A program made the translations under genes and the position numbers. From assembly GCA_024679065.1 (NCBI GenBank), contig JAGIQG010000002.1:123256001-123320000 (forward strand): DNA of 64,000 nt, written 5' to 3'. Positions 25,880 through 40,270 of this stretch are shown piece by piece. The notes under the pieces were generated by a model. It ran no database searches. It had not been told where the DNA came from and saw only the letters and a program-made list of their open reading frames with translations. This stretch comes from Sphyrna mokarran. Its lineage: Eukaryota. Every line of letters begins with the position of its first letter. Positions within the stretch are counted from its first letter, which is position 1.

Positions 25880-26570
25880 CTGGCAAATGAAGTTTAACCC
25901 TGGGAGGACTAACAAAGTAAAGGCGAACACAACGAACATTATTCATTTAGGAAGTACTAATGACCAGAGTGATCTTGGGGGACATATCCAAAGATCCCTG
26001 AAGGTAGTAAGACAGATAGATAAGATGGTTAAGAAGGAATATGGAATACTTGCCTTTGTTCGCTGAAAGGGCAGGGAAGTAATGATGGAGCTATATAAAA
26101 CACTCATTAGGGCACAGCTGGAGTACTGGTCTGTCACCACACTACAGGAAGGATTGCACAGGAAAGGATAAAGAGATTCATCAGGATATTGCCGGGCTGG
26201 AACATTTTGGTTATGAAGAGAAGCTAGAAGCTGGTTAGGCTTCCTTAGAGCAGAGAAAGCTGAGTGGGGTGGGGGGGTGGGGGGGGGGGGGGGGGGCTGA
26301 TTGACGATAACCAAGGGGCATTGATTAAGGTAAGAGGTAGGAGATTTAGAGAGGATTTGAGAGTAATTGAAATCTGGAACTCTGCCTGGAAGGGTGGTAA
26401 AGGTAGCAACCCTTACAACATTTAAGAAACATTTAGATGAACACTTGAAATTTCACAGCATACAAGGCTGCAGACCAAGTGTTGGAAAATGGGATTAGAA
26501 TAGATAGGTGGTTGATGGTTGGTGCAGAAATGGGCCAAAGTGCCTCTTTCTGTGTTGTAAAGCTCTATAA
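25880..26570 (+). mobile_element. CR1 3' fragment with internal poly-G run
   Basis: WQMKFNP, LYKTLIRAQLEYW motifs, CR1 tail; G-run ~26265-26297. Confidence 0.85.
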
Positions 26571-26907
26571 CTGCTCAGTTGAAGGAAGATCTATAAATTG
26601 AAAAAACGTAGTCAAAAGAAGTGCAGTGCCAATTAATGGCCATAGAAATCACCTTGTGAAAGCAAATCAGATAATTTAGCACTTGTTTTCACTAAAGGAG
26701 AAGATTTCATTATGTTTTCTGTGGATGAGATAGAAAAGGATAAAAATGGACAATAAAATAAACATTTAAAAAAAGCTACTTAAAAGATTGGTAGAATTTG
26801 AATTAAAATAAAACATTTTATCAGGATAGGAAACATGCTTAGTTTCTGAAGGAAGTAAATAAAGAAAGAATTAGTAGAATCTCTGGCTACAGTTTTCCAA
26901 TTCTCTT

Positions 26908-29900
26908 CAAATTTTTATGCCTCCATCCAAGTTGGAACAAAGGCAACAATACGATTGGCAAACAGAAACTGATTCCAAGATTCCTTTTCTGTTCTCATTT
27001 CCAGCTACTTTGACAGCACAGGATAAGAGCTGCACATCAGATGGAGGTGAGAACTTCCAACCAAATTGGCATTCGAGGACTACTGGCTTCAAGGAAGAAG
27101 CTGATCCTAAAACAGATGTTGATCCTCTGCTGAAGATGCACTGCTATAGATGCAGAAACAAAGCCAAGCTTTTCAGGAAAAGGTGTTCTGAACCTTCCTG
27201 CAACTGCAAGGCGATCATGAGGAGTCCAGAAGCCTTCTTAAAAAAGTGATGGTACCAGCAATGCATTGCAACCCAGGTCAAAACTGCAAGGGTGGCAGCC
27301 ACAATAGAAAGTCTGGGGCAAGAGGCCCAAGTAATGTCGAGTGACATTCAAAGGGTGAAGCAGTGCTGAAGTATACCAAGTGGTAAGGAGACAAAGGTGT
27401 AGGGTAGAGGGTGGGCTGGCAAGTGTGGAGGGCAAGGGATAGGAGTGTTAGGGACCAGATTAGAAATTTCAGGGTGTATTATGAAGTTGCATAGACCCCA
27501 ACCTTTTTGATTTTGGCAGTATAATGAGCATTAAGTATTTCGCTCCAGGTATGGTTAGATTAGCACACTAGGAAGTTCTTATTGAAACAAACTTTATTTA
27601 AGAATACAATTACAATGTAACAAAAAGAAGTAGCATAACTTTACCAATTAAAATACTCAAAAATGATAAAGCATAATTTTCAACAACTATCCAGCCCTAT
27701 AGTTCCAATTTAAGCATTATCCTCATACTTCAGAACCAATCAGCACAAAAAAACAAATATGCTTATGTGGATGCTAGATTTCCAGTCTTTTAACCCCTCT
27801 GGATAGATATAGAATGACACCTGCCTTGTGATCGCATACAGCAGTTTTCAAAGAAACATCTACCTTCAAACAACAGATCTTCACAGAAAGCGGCATAGTT
27901 TTTGGCAGATCTCAGTCTCCAGACTTGAAAGAGAAAGATCTACTTCTGTCTTCAGCTTCCAAGCAGCATTGACATGATTCGCTATGTGAGCCTAGTCCTG
28001 CCTAGTCATATGACCTTACCTGCCAATCGATCCAATGAAGCTCCACTCTGAAAAATTCCAGAGGAAAACACTAAAATAACAACATTGCATTATCCCAGAT
28101 TAAAACAAACATTTTAGCAATTACGATCAATTATACTGCCAGATGCAGACAAAATGACACCCATTATAAACTGCTAAAACAGATTCTGCACAAGAAACAT
28201 GACCCAAATATATTCCTTAAAGTCACAGTATCATCAAAGGAGACAAATCTGGAAAGCAAGGCATGAGGAACAAAGGATTTGGGGACAAGGCTGGAGAGCA
28301 ATGGGTGAGGGAAACACAAGTCTTTAGAGGAAATAAGGGGAGTGTGAAACCCATGAAACATCTGAAGGTAAGAAGAATGATCAGGATGAGCTGCTGGATA
28401 TAGACGAATCTGGAGGCAGTGAGTGCTTTCCTGATCTTCTGGCCTGTAGCACTCTGGCCACCACCTGTCCAGTGTCCCATGAGTCCTCCTTTGGTGCCTC
28501 CTTGTCATCTTCCTGATCCATCTCCTTGGAGACCCTGTGTTCAGCTCCTTCACCATTTCATCCCAGAGCTGTTCCAAATTGTGAAGCACAGAACAAGTGA
28601 GCATGATCTTTGGGACCATCTCTGTGCTATATTGCAGAACCCTGTCAGACCAGTCCAGACACCTGAACTACATTTTGAGAAGTCCTGTGCACTGCAATAA
28701 CATTCCTGATGGCAGAGTGTGTGTTCATTACAACAGTTCTCCACCTAGGCCTGGGGCCTCCACACAGGTGTCACTAGCCATGACCTCAGCAGCTAAACTT
28801 TGTTAGTGGTACTTTGGAGTTTATCAGAATGTAAGCGTTGTGGACGCTCCCAGGATAATGTGCATAGATTTGCATGATATTCAACTGGTGATCGCACACC
28901 AGCTGGATATTTAGGGAGTGGAAATCCCTTCCTGTTGATGTGGGGCACAATATGATGAAACAGTATTCATAAGATGACGTGCCATCAATCATCCGCTGAA
29001 CCTGGGGCAATCCGGTGATTTGAATTATGCAACACAGGCATCCTGATGGGCCTGGTCCAGGTTGAAGCAAATGTAATGTGATACCCGGGTATTCAGGACA
29101 TCCAGGTCCTGGATGACTGAAATGGAGCATCACCTTTGTATCTCAGTGATGAGGCTGTTTCTGTTATATGCGCTACGTGGCAGCATTTGTTCAGCTGCTA
29201 CTGGGGCACCTGGTTCTTATGTGCACTATCTTTTCTGATTCCCCTCATCAAGTGTGGCACTGTGAATGAAGGGTCCCTTCAAATCTTACTCATGTAGGAT
29301 TTGAAGGGAGAGGGGCCCTCGGTCAGTGGCATTTGCTATGTGTGAAGGGAGTAAGGACAGAATTGGGGGTTTCTGCATGAGGACAGGACTGTGCCAGACT
29401 GAGAATGGTTATCAGATATAAGTATGCAGGAGCCCAGATGTCTTTGGTGCATAGTTTTCATGGAGCCATAAGGTCAGAGCTGAGATAGGACGCAAAGAGA
29501 AAACAACACTTTTGACATTCAGTTGCCTGAAATTGTCGTAGGTGGAGTTAGCTACAACACTTCAAAGAGTAAATGGAAACAGTCAGACAAGGTTTCCCCA
29601 TCCAAGATGGATTCCCCTAAGGTCATTCTCTTCCCTCCAACTTAACCCCATTTGCTCTGTTGAGATGGACATGCCTCCCAAACAAGACCAGAAAATGACC
29701 ATTTACTTCCTAACACCCCCTTGGATGCCTTTCCGCCCTGCTTTCCTGAAGCAACACCTTGTGACTTTTAGCAGTGTGATTTTAGAAGGTGAATGAATGT
29801 CACTTGGCTGCTGCATCTAAATTCAGTCTCGCTAATGGGATTGAAATGAAGGCATTTGCATAATTATTGGTTGTGGCCTTTATGGCAGGAACCTGATCGG

Positions 29901-30002
29901 GGCCACTGGGACAGACCGGGTGAATGCTGACAAGCTTCGTGCCTGTTGGGAATCCCAATTTTTGACTGATGTCCCATTCAGCAGGGCATTGGGATTCTAG
30001 CC
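26908..30002 (-). mobile_element. Degenerate PIF/Harbinger transposon (HARBI1-like transposase remnant ~28400-29130)
   Basis: GLPQVQRMIDGT...FHSLNIQLVCDHQLNIMQIYAHYPGSVHNAYIL and KIMLTCSVLHNL (DDE_Tnp_4 motifs); outer boundaries approximate. Confidence 0.8.
27446..28227 (-). mobile_element. Solo LTR related to the Gmr1-like element at 1-338
   Basis: 27446-27607 is the reverse complement of LTR 181-338 (shared cactaggaag, aaacaaactttatttaagaa, tttgattttggca); TG...CA ends. Confidence 0.8.
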
Positions 30003-30859
30003 TGCTGTCTGACTAGGTCAGTAAATCCACCCACCTCCTCTTCCCCCAAAGCTTTTCACATGAATGCACTCTGCGGTTGAGTAGTCCAATAACCTTTAGG
30101 CCATTGCAGCTTAGGTAATTTTCTCAAATAACACATTCAGCTCTTCCTCACTGAATTTAGGCACTAAGTGAACATTCCTTCAAATCAAAACGAATTCTGA
30201 ACCATCTTCAATAGGGTTATACTTGTTGAATTTAGGAGCATGAGTAGGCCATTCGGCCATACAAACCAGCTCCACTATTTGACAAGACTATTGCTGATCT
30301 CATTGTTGTCTCAGTTTCACATTTCTGTTTACAACCCCTACTCACTACAACGACTTGGCTCCTTTCTCTGTCAAATATCATCTAACTCAACCTTCAATTC
30401 ATTCAGTGGCCTTGTCTCCAGAGTGCAAATCTCATTGAGAGATCTAATGGCCATAACAGGATTTGTAAAATCCTGGCCATAGAAAAGTTACAGTGCAAAA
30501 AGAGGGCATTCAGTCCATTGTGCCCATCATGACACTGCTTGGCCATGTCCATCACTACCCAGGCCTATATTCACCTCAGCAGCCCCAGCTTTGTCACAAT
30601 TGGCTGTCATTTTTGAAAACCATAGTGATTCACACTGCCATGATATCACACTGACTGGCTAGCAGGATAAGGTGCGGGTAGACATTACAGCATCACCAGC
30701 AAATATATGTTAATCTATATGTAATACATCATTGTGGGAGGAGATGCGGAAAGATCTCAAACTGAGACCTTGCTGGTGCAAAGCTCGTTATGGCCCTCTC
30801 AGAATTTAACAGCCATTACATTTGTAAATGGACCTGCTAAATCTCACCCACAGAAAAGT

Positions 30860-31170
30860 TCTAATATAGAAAGAGACCATTCAGCCTACCATGTCTACGC
30901 TGACCAATAAAGAGAGAAAATAAATCATGGCTCATTTTAATCCCACATTCCAGCCCCCATTCTGTAGTTTTGTAAGATACAACACTTCATTTAATTTTTA
31001 AATGAGTTGAGTGTTTCAGCCTATACCACCAATTAAGGCAGTGAATTCCTTTACCCTTTGGGTAAAAAAAGATTTCCTCATGTCCCTCTATCATTCAGTT
31101 TAAGTGTACATCCCTGGTAATTGATACCCCAATTTGGGGAAACAAATATTTCCTGTCTACCCTATATATC
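30860..31170 (-). mobile_element. CR1 3' tail fragment
   Basis: IYRVDRKYLFP / TRDVHL motifs and tail. Confidence 0.65.
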
Positions 31171-31179
31171 CCGCATAAT

Positions 31180-31800
31180 TCTAGGGTAGGTAGAAAGTCG
31201 ATGGGCGTTATGCTGTTGAAAGAGGGAAAGGAGAGGTAGAACAGGATAACTAAAATAAGATTGAACGAAAGGCAAAGGGAGTGATAATAGTTGCAATGAC
31301 AAAGCATTATTCCAGAATGAGTGTTAATGACAGAATAGAGTATCTCTGTTTGAAAGCAAAATCATGAAAGTGAGATAGAGACCTACACCTGAGGGTAAAA
31401 ATCAACGTGGATGACAGAATTTATGGTCTGAAGTTATTGAACTCAATTAGCAAGATTCTCTGGCCTCCCTGTAGACTGTTTCTTGGCATCAAGAGGTGCC
31501 GCACTGTTGGCTAGCAGCAGGATCTTCTGATCCTGGTGCTATCAATGGGATTTCCCATTTATTTCACCCACCCTTCGCTGCCAGGAAACCTGCGGAAATG
31601 GTGCACCATGGGCAGGACCTGAAGTTTTGCCAGTGTGAAGAGCTGGAAGATTTTGCCAGATGTTAAATCCAGAAGGTTGTAAAGTATCTAATTGCAAAGG
31701 AGGTGCTGTTCTTGAAGCTTGCATTGAGCTTCATTGCAGGAGGCCAAGACCAGAAATGTAAAAGTGAGAGCATGGTGATGAATTAAAGTGACAAGCAAGT
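31180..31800 (-). mobile_element. Penelope-like remnant with nested ~210-bp MITE (31447-31660)
   Basis: aggtgctgttcttgaagcttgcattgagcttca resembles a Penelope ORF 3' end; MITE ends gcaagattctctggc / gaagattttgcc. Confidence 0.5.
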
Positions 31801-31984
31801 TCTTGTTGTCCTTCACTCTTTCAGCTTTAATTCCAACAATGTTATCAAACCTGCTGACAAAGGCAGTAGTGTTACTTGTGGCATACTAACTCCTCCTTTG
31901 CAGAGGCTGAGTGCTAACTTTCAGAACCTGTTCTAATCTTTATTTATTTACTGTAACTGTTAACATACTCTTTGCATTCTGTTC

Positions 31985-32283
31985 CACAGTGATGCAGTGG
32001 TTAATACTGCTTCCTCACAGCGCCAGGGATCCAGATTCGATTCCTATCTTGGTTCACTATGCGGAATCTGCATGTTCTTCCTATGCATGTGTGGATTTCC
32101 TCCATGTGCTCCAGTTTCCTCCCACTGTCTGAAAGACGTGCTGATTAGGTGCATTGGCTGTGCTAAATTCTCCCTCAATGTACCTGAACAGGTGCCAATT
32201 AGGGGATTTTCACAATAACTTCATTGCAGTGTTAATGTAAGCTTACTCATGGCATATATAAATAAACTTTAGAAAACTTTAAA
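31985..32283 (+). mobile_element. V-SINE-like SINE
   Basis: tRNA head (gatgcagtggttaatactgc...gattcgattcc), V-domain, tail ataaataaacttt. Confidence 0.85.
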
Positions 32284-32339
32284 CTCATGACATCTTTATT
32301 ATTTGGGAGACCTTGAATTATATTCTATAAATAATAGGG

Positions 32340-33090
32340 GCAAGGAATTAAATCTGGGACTATATGGTAAATTAAAGAGCGAGACAAACAAAAGAAGAGT
32401 GTTATTCCTGGAAATGTAAAACGGACCCTAACGGGAAAGCATTGAGAATGCAAATCTAACTGTAAATCAAGAGATGAAATGAAATTATGAAAAGAATAAA
32501 AGGATAAAACTAAAAGCTCTGTATTTTATAATATACATAACATCCAAAACAAAATAGATGAATTGAGAAATGTGCATCGATAATTGTAGGAGGTGTAGAT
32601 ATACCTATAGACTGGAAAAGTGAGATGGGCAAAACTGGGGAGGTCAGAGAATGTTTCTGGGATAGTTTCTTAGAGCAGCATGCTCTCCAGCCAACCAGAG
32701 AACAAATTATACTCAACCTGGTATTGTGCAGTAATTGAGAAGTAATTAATGATCTCACAGTGAAGACAGCCCTAGGTAATAGTGACTGTGATATGATTGA
32801 ATTTTACATCCAGTTTGAAGGAGAAAAGAGAGGGTCAAATATTAAACTTGAATAGAGGCAATTATGAGGACATGAAAGCAGAATTGTCTAAAGTGAATTG
32901 GCAAATTAGGTTAAAATATAGGTAAATAGAGATGCAAACATTTGGTGATATTTCAAAATGCACAGAATAAATACACTCCACTGAATAAAAATACATTTAA
33001 GGGGTGGACTCACCCTCTATGGTTAAATAGAAAGGTCAAAGATAGCAACAAACTTGAAGAAAAAATATATAATTGTGCAAAGATAGATTG
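32340..33090 (+). mobile_element. Old CR1 ORF2 5' remnant
   Basis: ECFWDSFLEQHALQPTREQIILNLVLC, LGNSD motifs. Confidence 0.75.
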
Positions 33091-34936
33091 CAAAGATAGA
33101 CCTTCGCTATGCTCTGTACATGGAAAGAACATGGTTCCTGAGATAAGGAGACCAAAACTGCGCAAAATGAGGGCGATACTCTGGGTTTGATAGTCAAGGG
33201 TAGGATTCATGATAGCTCATTGAATTAGGTGTGAAGGCCAAATTGGGATTCTTGCCAGGCATCAAACTTGTTGCAAGTCTCCTAGCCCACTGTGCCAGGT
33301 GAGATCATGTTCTTAGCCAGAGAGAATGTGAAGAAATAAGTACCTTTAACTTTCTTCCGGGATGTAAAGGGTGGGTCCTTAAAAGGATCTTGGGGAGAGG
33401 AGTGGGGTGGTTTATTCTGGTGGAAAGGGATTGCCCTGGGTTCCTGTCCCATAGGATGGGGGTTGTATGACTGGAATTCTCCATTTTGCTGGAAAGAAAA
33501 GTTGCAAATCACTCTTAAAATGATAATTTCGTTTCATAATCACTTTATTGGTAATTTTGTAGATTGCTGTTTGTTTTATGTAAGAGCTTTGAAGTCCCCA
33601 GTTCACATAGTAATCCATGTTCTCTGAACATCTGGAACCCTTCAAAGTTATAACAGCATTCCATTCAAAAGTTGGGATTGCCCTTGGTCTGAGCTGTTTG
33701 ATCTGTCTTGATTGACAGGAGGTTGTAATTTCACTTAATCTATTAGGGTCTGTTTATATCATCACCTTTTGCTCTATTTAGTTAAAGGAAATCAAACAGA
33801 GATTAGATAATAAAGGGAAAATACTGCAGGATGCTGGAATCTGAAACAAAAACAGAAAATGCTGGAAAATCTCAGCAGCTCTGACACTGAGCTTATGGAT
33901 AGTCCATTAGGTGCTAAAAGCATTTTTGACTGTCAGCTCCAAGGCAGATCAAAGACTTAGTTGTTGAAACAATCAGTTCATTCTCCCTGCCTAGAAAGCA
34001 GAAATGTTTTCTAATACAGTTTCTTTCTAAAACAGTTGTTCTTGCCTGCAAAGCTTCTAGCAAAACCAGAAAGCATTTTGTGATCACTTTTTTTTCTCTC
34101 ATTGGTGGTTCTTTCATCTCTGCTAAACTTCTAAGAAAGGCACGTATCTTTTAATGACATTAATCTTAAGACAATGGCTTCACTTCAGCATTTTAAGATC
34201 AAGCCACAATGCCTTAACAGATGTAACATTTCTACCTTATAGATACCCACCACAGGTCAGATAAGAAGCCACAAGTGTCCCTCAGTCGGGTTGGCTGCAT
34301 ATTGCCAATGGAAACAAACCTGGACTGTCAAGTCAATATTCTGGTTGGACGTGGCGGGTGATGGTGTGCAATTGTGGATTCCCATTCATTTTTGAATTCA
34401 CAAGTCCCGCTACATGGAATGTGGCTACTTGACAGGAAGAGGATGGTATGATATTCAATGCTTCTTTGTCTCTGAGAGTCCCTGTGCCCTCTCACGTTCC
34501 GGGAAGTCATGAATCTCCTCTCACTTGTCCATCATCATTGATAATTCAATTACCTCAACAGCTTAAATCTCCACGTAAGTGTCAGTGAAGGGGCAATCAT
34601 AGGCAAGGCAGTAGCTGCTTACAATTCAGGAATCTACAGCGAGAAGGTAGATCTAAAGGATCAGGAATGGAGGAGATGCTTCAAAGAGTATGCTGACTGG
34701 ATGGATCACTGCCATTTGATCACATGATTTTATGTTTCACTTGGATCTCAAGCACTTGGCAGCCAGAACATTGGGTTTTGCAATAAACATAGGATTCCTG
34801 ACTGCACACATTTGGTATTGAGAGCTCTCTTGCATTGGCCAGCTATATTCAGCAATAGGAAAAGTTTTCACTCTTTGGATGTTCAGATGATGTGTAATAA
34901 TACCTGACAAATCCTGCAGGTCTATGTGAGACTTAA

Positions 34937-35268
34937 TCATAGAATCCTACATTGCAGAAAGAGGCTCTTTGGCCCATCGAGTCTTCACCAAATACAATCC
35001 TACCCAGGCCCTACCCCCATATCCCTTCATATTTTACCTACTAATCCCTCTAATCTACATATCTCAGGACACTAATTATTTTAGCATAGCCAATCAACCT
35101 AACCTGCACATTTTTGCTGTGTAGGAGGAAACTGGAATACCCAGAAGAAACCCACGCAGACACAAGGAGAATATGCAAACTCCACACAGACAATGACCTG
35201 AGCAGGAATCAAACCCAGGTTCCTGGAGCTGTGAAGCAGCAGTGCTAACCACTGTGCTGTCGGACCAC
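34937..35268 (-). mobile_element. V-SINE-like SINE
   Basis: Minus acagcacagtggttagcactgctgcttcacagc...gggtttgattcc...gtgtggagtttgcatattctcc. Confidence 0.9.
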
Positions 35269-36149
35269 CCTACCATGAACTTTCCAACGAACTTTAATGC
35301 TGCCCAAATTCTTAACCAAAATATTTGAAGTATCTCATAGATTGCAAGACTGACTCACTGAATATCCCCAGAAGATCAGGTTGATGACACCAGTTCACCA
35401 TTTGCAAAGTCACATTGAGGAAAGGTACAGTGTTGCCAAGGTCCCCACAAGGGCCACTATTGACTAGGCTTCCTAAAGATGAGATTTAGATGTTTGTACC
35501 ATCCAAGCATTCCAATATTCTCCACAGAATGTATCCCCGATCAGTGTTGTCTGCTGTGCCCTGCATAGACTCACAAAATAGACGAAGGTGTTTTGGCAGA
35601 GGGAGACATGGAGGACCAAAAAGTATTGACCCATAACAAGATAACCACTTCAATAAGCTCTCAAGATCCTTGTTCTTCTTCCAGTGGCTGCTGTGGACTT
35701 GCAAAATAACCTTCCATTATTTTCATTTGAATTTGATCCCACCTTCTACAGTGGCTCCAAACTTCAGAATATTGCTTCTTGAAGAAACAGAGTGATTCAT
35801 AGTATAGCTGCCAGTTACTTCCATAATTAAATTGCCCCCTAGATCTCACCCTATCTGAGTAGACAAGACTTGAGAGCATCCATCCATCATATGCACCACT
35901 GAAAAAAACAGGAAGTAGGAAAATGCCTGACAGTTGGTTGTTTAATGACCTTAATGAAGAATCTATTGCCAACCTGTCAGCCACTGATTTACCCATTGTC
36001 TGTCTCTGCTGAAATTGATTAGCAGTGAGAATATGCAAGGAGCTGATTCTTGCATATATCCATTTGCATCCAATCTTATCTTGATGGGACCAGTAAAAAT
36101 CTGGCTATTACCTTTGCTTCCTCACAAATCTATTACCTGGTAATAATCT

Positions 36150-36725
36150 CCAATCTCTTTCCTGGCCATTGATTGAGATTTTTTGGAACTTTGGTGTCAT
36201 ATTGGACTGAGACATGCTACTGACCACATTTGCTCCATTAGCAAGAGCACATACACCCACCCTGGTACCATCATCTAACTCTATCCCTACCTCAGCTCAC
36301 CCAATGCTGAAACGTTATCCATGACTTTATTACATATAAACATGACTATTCTAACACAGTCATTATTGGCCTTCTATCTTACACTGTTTGTAATTGTGAG
36401 ATTGTCCAAAACTTTGCTACCCATACCCTAGCATGCACCAAGTCCTGTTCACCCATCATCACTGTGCTCAGTAACTGATATTAGTTCCCAGTCAATTAAG
36501 ATTGGAGTGTTAATATTCTCAGCTTTGTTTTAAAATACATGCATGGCCATGCCCCTTCATATTTCAGGATGCTTCTTAAGCATCTTTGATGTTAATTGCT
36601 TTACCATTGCCAATGGTATTTTCAGCTCCAAAGGTCCAAAGCTCTGAATTTACCTCCGTAAACCTTTCCACCTTTCTCTCCTCTAAGGTGCTCAGTAAAA
36701 TCTATCTCTTTTGATTAAGATTTAG
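36150..36725 (+). mobile_element. L2 LINE 3' remnant
   Basis: PYLSSPNAETLSMT..DYSN and SPIITVLSN*Y*FPV, degenerate L2 C-terminal motifs; tail continues ~38950. Confidence 0.7.
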
Positions 36726-36749
36726 TTTTCCACTCTAATTCATAATGTG

Positions 36750-38405
36750 AAACAAATAAATGGCTCAGAAACTGAATTTGTACTTTGCTTCTATCTTTGC
36801 AAAGAAATCCATAGATAACGTACCAAATGATGAAAGAAACACAAGTTTTAATGAGGAGCTGAAGGAAATCAGTATTAATAGAGAAATGGTTTTGGGGAAA
36901 TTAATGTAATTGAAGGAGAATAAATCTTCAGGGCCTTCATCTCAGAGTATTTAAGGAAGTGGGTCTAGAAATAGGAAAAGTATTGGTGGTCATTTTCCAA
37001 GCTTTTTTGGACTCGGCAGTGGATGAATTTCCCAATGTACAGATTGGAGGGTAGCTAATGTAAACCCTCAATTCAAAAAGGATGATAGAGAGAAAACATG
37101 CTTATTGGTCTATAATTCCCTAATGTTGGCAGTAGACAAGTTGCAAGACTTCATTATCAAGAATTTTTTTAGCACAGCATTTGGAAAGCAATTATATAAT
37201 CAGACAAAATCAGCATGGATTTTTGAAAGGGAAATCATGCTTAACAAATCTATTGGAATTCTTTGGGGAAGTAACTACTAAAGTTGACCAGGAAGAGCTG
37301 GTGGATGTGGCTTATTTAGACTTTCAGAAGGTCTTCTAGAAAATCTCACATAGCAGATTACTATGTAAAGTTAAAGTGCATAGGATTGTCGGGTAGTGTC
37401 TTGAAATGGATCGAAAACTGGTTAGCAGACAGGTAGCAAAGAGTTGGAATAATGGATCTTTATTCGATTGGCAGTCAGTGACTATTGAGGTACCATAGGG
37501 ATTTGTGTTAGGACCCCAACTGTTCGCATTATATATTAATGATTTAGAAGAGGGAACTGAATTTGCAGATGATACAAAGTTGGGTGAAAGGGCGAGCTGT
37601 GAGGAGAATGCTGAGATGCTTCAGTGTGATTTGGACAGGCTGAGTGGGTGGGCATATGTATGGCAGATGCAGCATTATGTGGACAAATTATCCATTTTGG
37701 TAGCAAAAATTGGTACAAATTATTATTTGAATGGGTGTAAATTGAGAGAGGCGGATACTCAATGAAATCTTGGTGTCCATGAGTTTCAGTTGTCGAAAGT
37801 AAGTGCGCGAGTACAGTAGGCAGTAAAGAAGGCAAATGCTGTGTTGGCCTTCATAGCAAGAAGATTTGTATGTAGGAGTAGGGATGTTTTACTGAAATTG
37901 TATATGACATTGGTGAGGCCACACCTGGAGTAGTGTGTGCCATTTTGGTGTCCTTTTCTGAAGAAGGAGGTCTTTCTATAGAGGGAGTACAGCAAATGTT
38001 TACCTGGGATGGTCTGTGAAGAGACTCTAAGTCATAGAGTTTAGAAGAGTGAGAGAAGATTTCTTAGATAGAAACTTATAAAATTCTAACAGGATTAGAC
38101 AGCATAGATTCAGAAAGAACGTTCCTCGTGGTGAGGGGAGTCCAGAACTACAGGTCATAGTTTGAAGATTACGATAAACCTTTTAGAACTGAGGTGAGAA
38201 GAGAGTGGTGAAAGTGCAGAATTCTCTCCCATAGAAAGTAGCTGAAGCCAAAATATTGTATGATTCCAAGAAGGAATTAGATACAGCTTTTGAGAAGGTG
38301 GGATCAGGATATTGAAATTGGAATAGGAGCAAGCTCAAAAGGCCAAATGGCCTACTCCCACTTCTATTTCAATGTATGTTTCTATGTATGTTTATCTGCT
38401 TATGT
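36750..38405 (+). mobile_element. Old CR1 RT/3' region
   Basis: QHGFLKGKSCLTNLLEFF, YLDFQK, FADDTKLG, LVRPHLE; (TATGTT)-like tail. Confidence 0.92.
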
Positions 38406-38409
38406 ATCT

Positions 38410-38940
38410 TGCCTGGATGAGTGCCACTCCAACAACACTAAAGAAGCTTGACACCAACCAGATTGCTATCTGATTGCTACCTATCTGATTGCTACCTATT
38501 TTAGGCCATCTGATTGCTACCTATTTTACAAACATTCAATCGCTCTACCACCGACGAACATTGGCAGCCATCTGTATTATCCACATGATGTACTGTAGGA
38601 ACTCACTAAGGTACAATAGGAAGCACTTTCTAACCCACAACCATTACCGTTTAGAAGGACAAGAGCAGCAAATACCTGCAAACACCACCACCTGGAGGTT
38701 TCCCTCCAAGTCATTCACCATCCTGACTTGGAAAGTTATTACTGTTCCTTCACGGTTGCTGGGTTAAAATGCTGGAATTCCCTTCCTAATGGCACTGTGG
38801 GTATACCTACACATCAGGGACTGCAGTAGTTCAAAAAGGCAGCACACCACCATTTTCTGAAGGGTGACTAGGGATTGATAATAAATGCTGGTCTAGCCAA
38901 CAATGCCCACATCCCATAAGTGAACAAATAAAAAACAAAC
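38410..38940 (+). mobile_element. Non-LTR retrotransposon 3' end (same family as 10630-11130)
   Basis: AWMSATPTTLKKLDT, IQSLYHRRTLAA, WNSLPN motifs; AATAAA and tail. Confidence 0.75.
38460..38527 (+). repeat. Short tandem expansion of CTGATTGCTACCTAT (~4 copies)
   Basis: Directly visible repeat inside the LINE fragment. Confidence 0.85.
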
Positions 38941-39284
38941 TGCTTGATAACACTTGTGAAGCATGTTGGTACATTTTATTATGTCACAGGTGCTGTTTCT
39001 ATGCAATCCTTCTCTATCATGGTATTGCATTTCTCTCCCTGTTAGTTCTAATGCTACTACTAGAACCCTTACTTGTTACTGTAATCCTATCCTATTTTTA
39101 TTACTGTAAGTTTTCCTATATGTGTTAATGTGATGCTTTATTTATTACTGTACTATTTTGTATTGCTATAACTCTATCCTCACTACTGATTTTATAGACC
39201 ACCATCTTTTATAGACCACTCTGCAATAAATATTCTCTGCAAACCAATCCAGGAATATTTGGGACCAGAGGGATAATTCTGAGT

Positions 39285-39510
39285 TTTATTCATAGTCACA
39301 GATGACCACAAGCTGCTCTCCGTTTGAAAGGGAGAGATGACTAGTGATGATTTAACCTGAGGATCACTACTCCTCAGACGAGGGGCAAGGTTTAGAAAGT
39401 GGGATGTTTATGAGTAACCTCAGCCAGTAACAGGAATTGAACCTATGCTGTTAGCATCACTCTGTATCACAAACCAGCCGTCAGCCAACTGATGTAAACT
39501 GAACCCCAAT
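39285..39510 (-). mobile_element. tRNA-derived SINE of a second family
   Basis: Minus head catcagttggctgacggctggtttgtga...ggttcaattcc; body differs from the V-SINEs. Confidence 0.65.
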
Positions 39511-40082
39511 TTCTGGCATTCAACTCTGCGTGATGGGAGTGCATATCAGGAACATGTGTACACAGGACATTGCCTGGGTTGATTTTGTTTCATTGTGATT
39601 TGGGTATTTACACCCCAGTGCACCCTGTCTCGTGAACAGAGACCTCTAACATTACTTCCTTTATCACTGGAACTTTGCAAGAATCCATTTCTGCTATTCC
39701 TGACTTTGATGATATTAGGACCCTGAAGCCGATTTAACACAAGCTCAACTTAATGGTAAAAATATCTGCAAAACATCATAGGAATAGCCCAGAAATATCA
39801 GTGAAGCATATTTAAAAGATAGGAACTGTAGCTAATTGGATCACAGGATCTTTGTATTTCTGGAATTCTTTCTTATGTAAACAGCTTCAAAAATCTTTAA
39901 CTGTTTCTATGAGGTGTCATCCTTTTGCTTCAGTCTGTGGCATGCTTACCTCTATGCAAGAGGGTGTAGAGTTCAAACCTCATACCTGGGAGTGGATAAA
40001 GGACTACCAAAAAGTCATTGCAGTAAGGAGGCAGGAAATTCAGATAATCTGGATTTGGTATCTCATATATTCTGTAGATAGA

Positions 40083-40270
40083 TGTTAAATATCTAGTACT
40101 TACAGGTTAAGATTAACAGGTGCTGGGTAGTGATGAGTTGATTATGCTCAGACATGTATATAAAGAAGAATCAGCCAGCACTGAGAGTGTGTGTGTGCTA
40201 GAGTGGAAAAGTAATTACTTCAATAATCTCTACCAAAAGCATCCTAGTCTCAAAATGTATTTTTCACAAC
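40083..40270 (+). mobile_element. Possible short solo LTR
   Basis: TGTT...CACAAC ends, TATATAAAG and AATAA inside. Confidence 0.4.

Noticed and set aside
26917-27249. Cys-containing 110-aa ORF and exon-like 27005-27046
   Set aside because: Falls inside the Harbinger remnant and has no recognisable domain
34035-34144. Possible plus-strand exon VVLACKASSKTRKHFVITFFSLIGGSF...
   Set aside because: Weak donor (GTATCT), no homology, no phase-compatible neighbouring exon
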